Below, piece by piece: positions 9,205 through 17,216 of a DNA stretch of 38,645 bases (the stretch's first letter is position 1; every line of letters begins with the position of its first letter). The translations under genes were made by a program, and so were the position numbers. Under the pieces are notes generated by a model. It made no database searches and was not told the DNA's origin. It saw nothing but the letters and a program-made list of their open reading frames with translations. The stretch is from Candidatus Liptonbacteria bacterium (lineage in GTDB: Bacteria; Patescibacteriota; Minisyncoccia; UBA6257; Colwellbacteraceae), in the NCBI GenBank assembly GCA_019923695.1, contig JAHXGO010000004.1:1-38645 (forward strand), given 5' to 3'.

Positions 9205-9293
9205 TATAGTAAAGCGAAACCTTGATATATCGAATTAAAGTTCTCTATAGCGAGTGGTAGGCCGCTCGATATATTGAGCCGGAGCTCACTATA
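9205..9293 (+). repeat. two adjacent TATA-bounded repeats sharing a TATA
   Basis: 9205-9249 tatagtaaagcgaaaccttgatatatcgaattaaagttctctata; 9246-9293 tatagcgagtggtaggccgctcgatatattgagccggagctcactata. Confidence 0.8.
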
Positions 9294-9337
9294 GGCGCGA
9301 AAAAGACGCAGTTTTAAAAAAGCGTGGTTTTCTTGGA

Positions 9338-10669
9338 TTATTTTTCGATTTTAGTCATTCCCTTACCGCTAAAAATACTAATTTTACCGTATTCTCCGTC
9401 ATAACCGGGTTTAATATCTAATTCTCCTTTTCTCATAATATCAATTCCTTTGGCGATTTTTTCGTTAATGGAATAAATTTCTTTAATCGGAATTTCCAAT
9501 AAAATTTTCAATTCGTTCCCAAAAATCTTAATAAATTTTTCGTATTCTTCTTGAACCTTTTTACTTTCAGCCCTAACCCCAAAGGCTTCAGCTATAATTT
9601 TGTCAAAAGAAACAAGGTTATAATAAGGAACATATCCATCGCAAGAGTGGAAGTTTCCCTTATTTTTAATTTTTATATTATGATTATCCGTTAATTGCTC
9701 AACTCGATTCATAACTCCGATAGTTAAAGATTTTCCGCATTCAGGACAAACGCCGTTATGTTTTTTTGTTTCTTCCGGCGAAAAAACAACTTGACAGAGT
9801 CGATGGCCGTCATAATGATATTTTCCTTCTTGAGGAAAATATTCTATTGTCGCCACAAATGTTGATTTGTATTGATTTAAAACTAATTTGCGTTGATTCG
9901 GTGAGCCGCTCTTAATTGCTTCTATAATTCCTTGATAAGATAATTTTGTGTCAAAAATATTGGCTTCACGGCCTATTTTTTGTAAAGAGTGAGAATCCGA
10001 ATTTGAAATTAAAGCAACTTTATCAAGTTGGGAAAGTCGCCAATTTGCAGAAGGATCGCTACTTAAGCCAGTTTCGACCGCAAAAATATATTTAGTATAA
10101 TCGCCAAAACATTCTTCAATTGAATTAAATCCTGACATTGAACCAAATACAGAAAACCAAGGAGTCCAAATATGACTTGGTATTAAAATACAATTATTAT
10201 CAATTTCTAAAACGATTTTTAATATTTCTAAAGAGCTTAACCCGACTATCGGCCGACCATCTGACAAAAGGTTACACTTTCTTCTTATTAATTCCGAGTT
10301 TATTTTTTCAACGATCGATAAATCAGGGGCAAAAATCAAATTATGAATTCTTCTTGTTTTTCTTCCTTGAGAATAAATACTTGAAATTTCCGTAGTTAAA
10401 ATAAATCTTACTTCGCTTACAACCCCTTTTAATTTATAAAGACCGGGTTCAGCTGGCTCTAATTTTTCTTTAATTTCAATCAACCAACGCGGATGAGTAA
10501 AATCACTGGTGCCAATTACTTTAATTCCTTTTTTTTGACACCATAAATTTATATTCTCTAAGGTCATTTTTTTGGAAACCGCCCGAGAATAAGGAGAATG
10601 AATATGAAAGTCAGCAACAACGAGCCTTGAATTCGATATATCAAGGTTTTGCTTTGTTATAAATTTCAT
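9338..10669 (-). CDS. PHP-domain endonuclease Q-like protein
   Basis: DFHIHSPYSRA, GTSDFTHP, HIWTPWFS, ETGLSSD, SNSDSHS, GKYHYDGHRLC...CPECG, PGYDGEYG. Confidence 0.88.
   Translation of the reverse strand: MKFITKQNLDISNSRLVVADFHIHSPYSRAVSKKMTLENINLWCQKKGIKVIGTSDFTHPRWLIEIKEKLEPAEPGLYKLKGVVSEVRFILTTEISSIYSQGRKTRRIHNLIFAPDLSIVEKINSELIRRKCNLLSDGRPIVGLSSLEILKIVLEIDNNCILIPSHIWTPWFSVFGSMSGFNSIEECFGDYTKYIFAVETGLSSDPSANWRLSQLDKVALISNSDSHSLQKIGREANIFDTKLSYQGIIEAIKSGSPNQRKLVLNQYKSTFVATIEYFPQEGKYHYDGHRLCQVVFSPEETKKHNGVCPECGKSLTIGVMNRVEQLTDNHNIKIKNKGNFHSCDGYVPYYNLVSFDKIIAEAFGVRAESKKVQEEYEKFIKIFGNELKILLEIPIKEIYSINEKIAKGIDIMRKGELDIKPGYDGEYGKISIFSGKGMTKIEK
10615..10661 (-). repeat. TATA-bounded repeat inserted in frame in the EndoQ-like gene
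   Basis: Reverse complement tataacaaagcaaaaccttgatatatcgaattcaaggctcgttgtt; encodes TKQNLDISNSRLVV. Confidence 0.8.
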
Positions 10670-10683
10670 AATAATTTAAAAAA

Positions 10684-12351
10684 TTAAAATAAATTTAAGG
10701 AAGCCAAGTCCGCTTCTTTCATTGTTTTAAGACAATCGTATTTATAGTCGTCTTTTATCGCTTTAGCCAAATGTTCTCCTCCCAAAAAATGAGGCAAGAG
10801 AACATAATCAGCGCCAAGTTTATAAAATTCTTGAGCGCTCCACTCATTATTAGCGGTTAAAATAATCTTTGTTTGAGAGTTAATTCTTTTAACGGTTTCA
10901 AAAATCGCAACATTATCACCAAAAGAGGGAGCGGTGGAAATAATTAATTTAGCTTTTGAAAATCCGGCTAATTGTTGAGTTTCTTCGTCAGAGGCATCGC
11001 CAAATAAAATATTTACTCCTTTATTTTTCAATTTTTCCACTATTTTTGGGTCAAAATCCACCACTATAAATTGTTGGCCTGTTTCTAAAAGAGCTTTTAA
11101 GATGCCTTGACCTAATCGATGAGCGCCGATAAGAATAATATGATTGGAAAATACCGTTGTTCTATCAATTTCCTCTTTTTTTCTTCTAAATTCAAATAAA
11201 ACAAGAAATTTTTTAAGCTTGTTGTAAATCCAATCATTGTAAATAATTAAATATGAAGAAATAAAAATGGTGATTATACCAACCATTATCACTAAAGAAA
11301 CGTCTCCCGGAGAAACATGACCAATAGCTAATCCTAAAGCCATAATAATAAAACCAAACTCGGAAATTTGCGCTACTGTTAAGCTGGTTGAAAAAGAAGT
11401 TTTAGAGCGATAACCTAGAAAACTCATAATGATTAAGACAATCAAAGGGTTGCCGATTAAAACAAAAAGAGAAAGCAGTAAGGCATGAGGAATATTAACT
11501 AAACTTCCAGCTACTAATTGGGCTCCTAAACCGACAAAAAATAAAATAATAAAAAAATCTCTTAAGGGGCGAAGCTTTATCCCAATTTGAAAATGTTCAG
11601 AAGAATTTGCCAAAGCCAGCCCCGCTAAAAAGCCGCCAATTTCCTTTGAAAGCCCTATTAAAGGCGAATTTACCAAAGCGGCGATTCCCAATGACCAACC
11701 TAAACTAAACAAGAAAAGCAGTTCCGGAGAAGAACCGATAAAATGAAGAACCTTTGGTAAAAAATAAGAAACTAAAATCGTCAGACCGAAGAGAACAAAG
11801 CCTTTGATTAAAGTTATCACAAAATTCATTCCAGATCCTCCCTCGGCTTGTAATCCGGCAAGAAATATCAATATTAAAATTGCCACAAAGTCCTGAACTA
11901 ATAAAAACCCCACTGAAATCCGGCCATAAAGACTATTCAAATCTCCTTTTTCCGATAAGAGTTTGATAATGATGATAGTTGATGAAAAAGTCAGCGCAAT
12001 AGCAATATATATAGCAGGTAAAAAAGAAAAGCCGAGATAAGTAATAATTAAAAAACCGACAATAAAAGTAAATATAATTTGTCCTAATCCGGTTAAAAGA
12101 GAAACCAAACCAACGTGTTTCAACTCTTTAAAATTCATTTCTAAACCAACAATAAACAAAAGAAGAGTTATCCCTATTGAAGCCAAACTTTCAATAGCCT
12201 CTAAACTTCCGATTTCAAAAATAGCCAAAGAGCCGATGACAAAACCAGCAATCATAAATCCAATAATTGCTGGTTGTTTTAATAGATGGGCGACAAAACC
12301 AAAAGCGGCCGCAACAACAATCGCAATTATTACTATTTCATAAAGTGTCAT
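10684..12351 (-). CDS. CPA2/Kef-type cation:proton antiporter with RCK (KTN) domain
   Basis: Many TM helices; LLFIVGLE, FSST, VQD, LAGL, QISEF; C-terminal GAHRLG...GDA. Confidence 0.9.
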   Translation of the reverse strand: MTLYEIVIIAIVVAAAFGFVAHLLKQPAIIGFMIAGFVIGSLAIFEIGSLEAIESLASIGITLLLFIVGLEMNFKELKHVGLVSLLTGLGQIIFTFIVGFLIITYLGFSFLPAIYIAIALTFSSTIIIIKLLSEKGDLNSLYGRISVGFLLVQDFVAILILIFLAGLQAEGGSGMNFVITLIKGFVLFGLTILVSYFLPKVLHFIGSSPELLFLFSLGWSLGIAALVNSPLIGLSKEIGGFLAGLALANSSEHFQIGIKLRPLRDFFIILFFVGLGAQLVAGSLVNIPHALLLSLFVLIGNPLIVLIIMSFLGYRSKTSFSTSLTVAQISEFGFIIMALGLAIGHVSPGDVSLVIMVGIITIFISSYLIIYNDWIYNKLKKFLVLFEFRRKKEEIDRTTVFSNHIILIGAHRLGQGILKALLETGQQFIVVDFDPKIVEKLKNKGVNILFGDASDEETQQLAGFSKAKLIISTAPSFGDNVAIFETVKRINSQTKIILTANNEWSAQEFYKLGADYVLLPHFLGGEHLAKAIKDDYKYDCLKTMKEADLASLNLF

Positions 12352-12504
12352 AAAAAATATTATATAATAAAAATACTAAGGATAAAACCTTATTCAGTTT
12401 TGATTTTTCAGGTTTTTCTTTTTCTGTTGATTTATAAGTTCTTTTTTCTGTTTTTTTAAAGTTTCTTGTTTTTCTCTTAGTTTTTCTAATTTGTCTTTTT
12501 CTTT

Positions 12505-12669
12505 ATTAAAAAATATTATAACATTTTCAAAGAAAAAAAATAGCAATTTACAAGAATAACAAATTAAGAAATTATTTGGTAATATAAAAATAGACGAATC
12601 GTATTTCGGTTCAATGTATAAAATTTATGACATCGTTGCAAGATCAGCAACTTAAACTGCCTCAAGAAC
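12505..12669 (+). mobile_element. IS1595-family transposase remnant with large internal deletion
   Basis: IKKYYNIFKEK..QE*QIKKLFGNIKIDESYFG (first DDE motif) joined directly to a C-terminal-like MYKI.MTSLQDQQLKL. Confidence 0.65.
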
Positions 12670-12692
12670 GCAAAATTGGGTGGACTCATATA
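12669..12692 (-). mobile_element. isolated IS-like terminus
   Basis: cgcaaaattgggtggactcata is 21/22 identical to 20848-20869. Confidence 0.55.
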
Positions 12693-12777
12693 ATTTTTTG
12701 AAAAATTATATGTATGTTGTATAATATAAAAAAGTCGTTGAATAAAAAGATAAATATAATAAAAAAATAAATATAAT

Positions 12778-13056
12778 ATGCTTTCACAATTTCCTATAAA
12801 TTTGGAAAAAGTTAGAAAAGAAGACATTAATAAAGAAATTTTGCGTTTAGGGATGATAGCTGAACTTGATGCAGTTAGTTTGTATGAACAATTAGCTTCT
12901 TATACCGATAATCAAACTCTTAAAAAAGTTTTGCTTGATATTGCTAAAGAAGAAAAAACTCATATTGGCGAATTTCAAGCTCTTTTATTAATGTTGGATG
13001 AAGAGCAAGTTCAAGAACTTAAAAAAGGCAAAAAAGAAATAGAAGAGATGCTTTAA
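12778..13056 (+). CDS. small ferritin-like (rubrerythrin/encapsulated-ferritin-like) protein
   Basis: AELDAVSLYEQ...DIAKEEKTHIGEF di-iron E/ExxH pattern. Confidence 0.8.
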   Translation: MLSQFPINLEKVRKEDINKEILRLGMIAELDAVSLYEQLASYTDNQTLKKVLLDIAKEEKTHIGEFQALLLMLDEEQVQELKKGKKEIEEML

Positions 13057-13060
13057 TAAT

Positions 13061-13636
13061 ATGAAATGTCCGAAGTGTAAAACAATAGAGTTGAAAAAAG
13101 CAAAAATTGCCGGAATTAGTATTGATTGCTGTCAAAAATGCAAAGGTATTTGGTTTGGAAAAGACGAATTAAGAATTGTCAAAGATAAAAAACTAAAAAA
13201 GGCTCGCTGGTTGGACGCCGAGCTTAAGGTTAAAAGCTTGGATTGGTTTAAATTTGATTTATGGAATAATAAAAAGAAATTTAAACTTTTGCGGGCTAAA
13301 AGAAAATGTCCGTCTTGTAAGGTTCCCTTAACTGAAGTCGGGTATATGGATTCGGATATTAAAATTGACGCTTGCGGGATATGTTGGGGGGTTTGGCTTG
13401 ATAAAGGAGAATTTAAAAGAATTATTGAATATGTTAAAAATAAGGCTGATTATAAAATTATCAATAATTTTTTTAAAAATTTTGTTCAGGAAACAGCCGA
13501 AGTTTTTGTTGGTCCAGAAAATATTTTTTCCGAAATAGAAGATGTTTTGGTTATGATAAGTCTTTTAAAATACAAGTTTATGGCTCAACATCCTTTTTTG
13601 TCTAAACTTTTTATGAATTTGCCTCTTTCAAAATAA
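13061..13636 (+). CDS. double zinc-ribbon (zf-TFIIB-like) protein
   Basis: Two repeats of CPxC...IDxCxxCxG(I/V)W(F/L)xKxE. Confidence 0.8.
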   Translation: MKCPKCKTIELKKAKIAGISIDCCQKCKGIWFGKDELRIVKDKKLKKARWLDAELKVKSLDWFKFDLWNNKKKFKLLRAKRKCPSCKVPLTEVGYMDSDIKIDACGICWGVWLDKGEFKRIIEYVKNKADYKIINNFFKNFVQETAEVFVGPENIFSEIEDVLVMISLLKYKFMAQHPFLSKLFMNLPLSK

Positions 13637-13789
13637 AGCATATTCCGTAGTATAATTCTAAAAAACTAACTTCTAATTATTAGAATTTTGTTGTTGAGAT
13701 AAAATAAAAAATAAGGGTCAGGTTAAATTAATTATTTAATTCTGATGTGAACTAATCTAATAACTGGCATTAGGATTATACTATTGGGT

Positions 13790-14178
13790 ATGAAAAACTT
13801 TCCCAATCTTCAAAAAAAGACTTGCCTTATCCGCCATTTTGGACAGAAGAATACAAAGCTATAAAATTTGATAGGCACATGGATTATAGTGGTTTAAACA
13901 TCGATGGTATTGCACATTATGCTTCTAGGTATAGAGAAACGCGAAGTGTGCTAGAAAGTATTATCAAAACCGCAAAAAGAAACCCAGATGGGACTTACTC
14001 TTACAAAACACTAGATGGAAAGGATATGAATATTCCAGAAGAATCTTATCAGGAATTTCAAATAAGAGATAATTGGACAGAAAACAACAAAAACGGTACT
14101 CCCGCTTTAACAAAAGTAGAAGCAATAACTACCGCTAAAACGTTTGAAGTATTTTTGAAAAGTAAAGGTTTAGTTTAG
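13790..14178 (+). CDS. hypothetical protein; probable 1-nt frameshift near the start (or TTG start at 13822)
   Basis: 118-aa ORF from TTG 13822; an out-of-frame ATG at 13790 lies 7 nt after TATACT. Confidence 0.55.
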
Positions 14179-14267
14179 GCTCCTAATTTTAGTAGTAAAA
14201 GATGCTAAAAATACCAAGGAGGTGTATAATTAATTTAAGGTCTTTTATTAAAATTAAATAAAAAACT

Positions 14268-14933
14268 ATGCGTGCACTTGCAACTGTTTATAAATGTTCG
14301 AATTGTTCATCTCCAATTAGAGGAATTGAATTTTTAAGTGGCAACACAATAGGAGGAGTTACGTATTCTGATACATACATGAAAGCTTCAATGAAAATGC
14401 CAGAGGGTTATGAGTATATAGGTTGTTTAAATTGTAAAAGTGTTTCTCACAAAAAAGATCTTGAGGTTTTAGAGCAACATGAGAAAATGACTAATGAAGA
14501 AAGTGTCAAATATAAAACTTTTCCTGATCCATTGTCACATTTTGAAATGCTAAAAATTTTATTAGAAAACCAAAAATTTTCTACTGAAAATCAGAAAGCC
14601 TTCACTCTTTGGTATTTATGGGCTTTTAATCATAAAATTACATCTGAACAGAAACAAGAAGAGATGGACAATAGCAATTATAAAAAATACACTGACAAAC
14701 TGGTAGAAATTCTTGAAGCTGAAAAAGACAATGTTAATTCAATGGTTTTGAAAGCTGAAATATTAAGAGAAAGAGGAGAATTTGATGAAGCAGAAAAAAT
14801 ATTGGATTCCGTTGATCAATCAAAATTTACTTCCATAAAGATCAAATATGTTTTTGAAGAAATGAAAAAGAAAATTGCCCAAAAAGATCCTGCTATTTTT
14901 GAGGCTGAACAAAAACCAGAGTTTATAAAGTAA
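14268..14933 (+). CDS. hypothetical protein with N-terminal CxxC/CxxC zinc ribbon and C-terminal TPR-like helices
   Basis: CSNC...CLNC; LKAEILRERGEFDEAEKIL. Confidence 0.7.
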   Translation: MRALATVYKCSNCSSPIRGIEFLSGNTIGGVTYSDTYMKASMKMPEGYEYIGCLNCKSVSHKKDLEVLEQHEKMTNEESVKYKTFPDPLSHFEMLKILLENQKFSTENQKAFTLWYLWAFNHKITSEQKQEEMDNSNYKKYTDKLVEILEAEKDNVNSMVLKAEILRERGEFDEAEKILDSVDQSKFTSIKIKYVFEEMKKKIAQKDPAIFEAEQKPEFIK

Positions 14934-14976
14934 TTTTTATTGCTATTAGCAATCGTGGAAAGTGTGCTAGAATAAA

Positions 14977-15534
14977 TTATTCTTTTGGGAAATATTTATC
15001 TTTCAAAAATTCTGTAAAATCTCTCATCTCTTTTCTGTATAGTTCAAGTTTTTGTTTTTGTTCTTTTAGAATAAGCATTGACCACATCTCTCCTCCAAAA
15101 TTCTGGACGCGAAACCAACCATAAGCACCGACTTTATCAAAAGTCAGGCGTGCATCAAAGGGAGTTTCTCGATCTTTGTAAAACTGTTCAAGAAAACTCA
15201 TCATTTTTTGTTGTTGCTTTAAATTCTCTATAGTCCATGCTTTTTGTTTTTTTTCACTCTCTTTCCAACCATCTGGTTCGGGAGCATAGACCTCAATCCA
15301 CGGATATGGTAAACCGTGTTTGTCTTCTCCCTTCTCAGTAAGATGTCCTTCACAAGACCCACTTGTAGTAAATTCGTGGATCAAAAATGTGGCGACAGAT
15401 TCTTTTATTTTTTCATCAACTCCTTTACCAAGGCTATTTGTTATTTCGTTTACTTCTGTCAACCTTCGTTCCCAAACAATTTTTTGATCAGATTTTTCTT
15501 GTTTATCTTGTATTAGGAATCCTTTCGTTTTCAT
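14977..15534 (-). CDS. conserved-looking hypothetical protein (TSGSCEGH motif)
   Basis: 185-aa ORF, D.LGKGVD-like start and SCEGH...PWI motif. Confidence 0.7.
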   Translation of the reverse strand: MKTKGFLIQDKQEKSDQKIVWERRLTEVNEITNSLGKGVDEKIKESVATFLIHEFTTSGSCEGHLTEKGEDKHGLPYPWIEVYAPEPDGWKESEKKQKAWTIENLKQQQKMMSFLEQFYKDRETPFDARLTFDKVGAYGWFRVQNFGGEMWSMLILKEQKQKLELYRKEMRDFTEFLKDKYFPKE

Positions 15535-15617
15535 AAATACAATATATTATAAAATCGTTATGAGTAGCAAAAAAACTTTCTTCCCCAATAGCTCACTTCC
15601 TGCCATTTGAGTCGTTG

Positions 15618-15767
15618 CCCCGCCTCACTGCCCGAATACTTGGAGGGTAGAACACCAAAGAAAAAATGTTCCTTGCTTTTTTGTTTTGCGCGGGATGGGG
15701 ATTTTTAAAAATTGAAAGAACATTTTTTCTTTGGTGTTTGCCGACCAGAGGGAGACGAGAGGCGGGG
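15618..15767. repeat. long nested inverted repeat next to the tRNA 3' end
   Basis: Perfect 21-bp IR 15651-15671/15718-15738 plus 9-bp IR CCCCGCCTC 15618-15626 / GAGGCGGGG 15759-15767. Confidence 0.8.
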
Positions 15768-15788
15768 TCTCGTTTAGTTCGTTTGTAG

Positions 15789-15871
15789 TGGGCGAGGAGA
15801 GAGTCGAACTCTCATGACCTTGCGGCCAATGGATTTTGAGTCCATCGCGTCTGCCATTCCGCCACTCGCCC
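15789..15871 (-). tRNA. tRNA-Leu(CAA); CCA not encoded
   Basis: GGGCGAG acceptor stem, D-arm TGGCGGAATGGCAGACGC, anticodon arm ATGGA-CTCAAAA-TCCAT, long variable arm, GTTCGACT T-loop; followed by CTA. Confidence 0.95.
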
Positions 15872-15950
15872 ATTTCCCCTGTTGATAATATCATCAGAAA
15901 ATTATATAGTAAATATATTATTTTTTTGAATTAAAATAAATTATAAAAAA

Positions 15951-17216
15951 ATGGTAAACGATGAAATTTTAAACTTTTCTCAAAATCAATTAAATCAGCA
16001 AAGCAATCAAACAAGCCAAAATCAAACAGATCAGGATATTGATGAACTTCAGAATAAAAATTTTCATAATGTTCCTAAAAATGATGAAGAGGTTCAGTTA
16101 TCTGGTAATCCAGTTAATCAAATTTTAACAGAACCACTAAATCTGTTTTTTGAAGAGGATTTTCAAAAAAATGTTCAAAGTGTTGATCAGGCGGCTAATC
16201 AGAACTTAACGGTTAATCAGGATATAGCGGCTAACCAGGACTTAATGATTAATCAGAGCATAAAAGAGAACCCTCAATCTTTTGATGTTTCTTTGCCCGT
16301 TGAACAAAAAGTAAGTTTTAATAACACCGAAGATAATATTAATGATTTAATTATTGTTGATAGTCCAAAAGTCTTTGAAAGAGAAGAACCAAAAAAATTG
16401 GGAGCGGTTTTTCAAATTGAAGTTGAAAAGATTTTTCCGAATCCTCATCAGCCTCGTCGTTATTTTGACCAAGAACAATTAAAAGGACTGGCAAGCTCAA
16501 TAAGGGAATTTGGGGTTATTCAGCCGTTGGTAATTTCAAAAATTTTAAAAGAAACAGAAACAGGAACAAGCGTTTATTATCAGTTAATAGCTGGAGAGCG
16601 TCGGCTTTTAGCCGCTAAAATGGTTGGTTTAAGAACTGTTCCGGCAATTATTAAAAGCATCTCTACTGAAAAAGAAAAACTTGAAATATCTATTATTGAA
16701 AATATTCAGCGGGTAGACCTTAATCCGATTGAAGTAGCCAGAGCTTATGCAAAATTGCAGGACGAATTTGGGATTACTCAAAGAGAAATTGGCGCAAGGC
16801 TTGGTAAAAGCCGCGAAACCGTGGCTAATACCTTAAGGCTTTTAAATCTTCCTTCGGAAATCCAACTTGCGGTTGAACAAGGAAAAATAAACGAAAGCCA
16901 GGCAAGAATTCTTCTTCAAATAGAGGATATTTCAAAACAAAGAGAGGTTTTTAATTCTCTTTTAACAAAAGAAGGAGGAGGGCTGACGGTAAGAGACCTT
17001 AAAGAAAAGATTAAAACTGAAATAATTAAATCAAAAAACATAAATCCGGAAATTGAAGAAATAAAAGGCAAACTAGAAGAAGCCTTAGGAACAAAAGTTA
17101 TGATTCGCGAGGACGGAGATAAAGGAAAGTTGGTTATTGATTTTTATTCGATAGAAGAGTTGTCCAACTTGGCGGAGAAAATAATAATTAAACAAAACGA
17201 TAATCAATTTCTTTAA
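15951..17216 (+). CDS. parB: ParB/Spo0J partition protein with ~145-aa low-complexity N-terminal extension
   Basis: PNPHQPRRYF, GVIQP, LIAGERRLLA, ENIQRVDLNPIE, HTH GKSRETVANTLRLL. Confidence 0.92.
   Translation: MVNDEILNFSQNQLNQQSNQTSQNQTDQDIDELQNKNFHNVPKNDEEVQLSGNPVNQILTEPLNLFFEEDFQKNVQSVDQAANQNLTVNQDIAANQDLMINQSIKENPQSFDVSLPVEQKVSFNNTEDNINDLIIVDSPKVFEREEPKKLGAVFQIEVEKIFPNPHQPRRYFDQEQLKGLASSIREFGVIQPLVISKILKETETGTSVYYQLIAGERRLLAAKMVGLRTVPAIIKSISTEKEKLEISIIENIQRVDLNPIEVARAYAKLQDEFGITQREIGARLGKSRETVANTLRLLNLPSEIQLAVEQGKINESQARILLQIEDISKQREVFNSLLTKEGGGLTVRDLKEKIKTEIIKSKNINPEIEEIKGKLEEALGTKVMIREDGDKGKLVIDFYSIEELSNLAEKIIIKQNDNQFL
16191..16262 (+). repeat. 4 x 18-bp tandem repeat in the parB extension
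   Basis: AANQNL-TVNQDI-AANQDL-MINQSI. Confidence 0.65.

Noticed and set aside
15625..15894. 89-aa minus-strand ORF
   Set aside because: Runs through the tRNA-Leu gene and the inverted repeat
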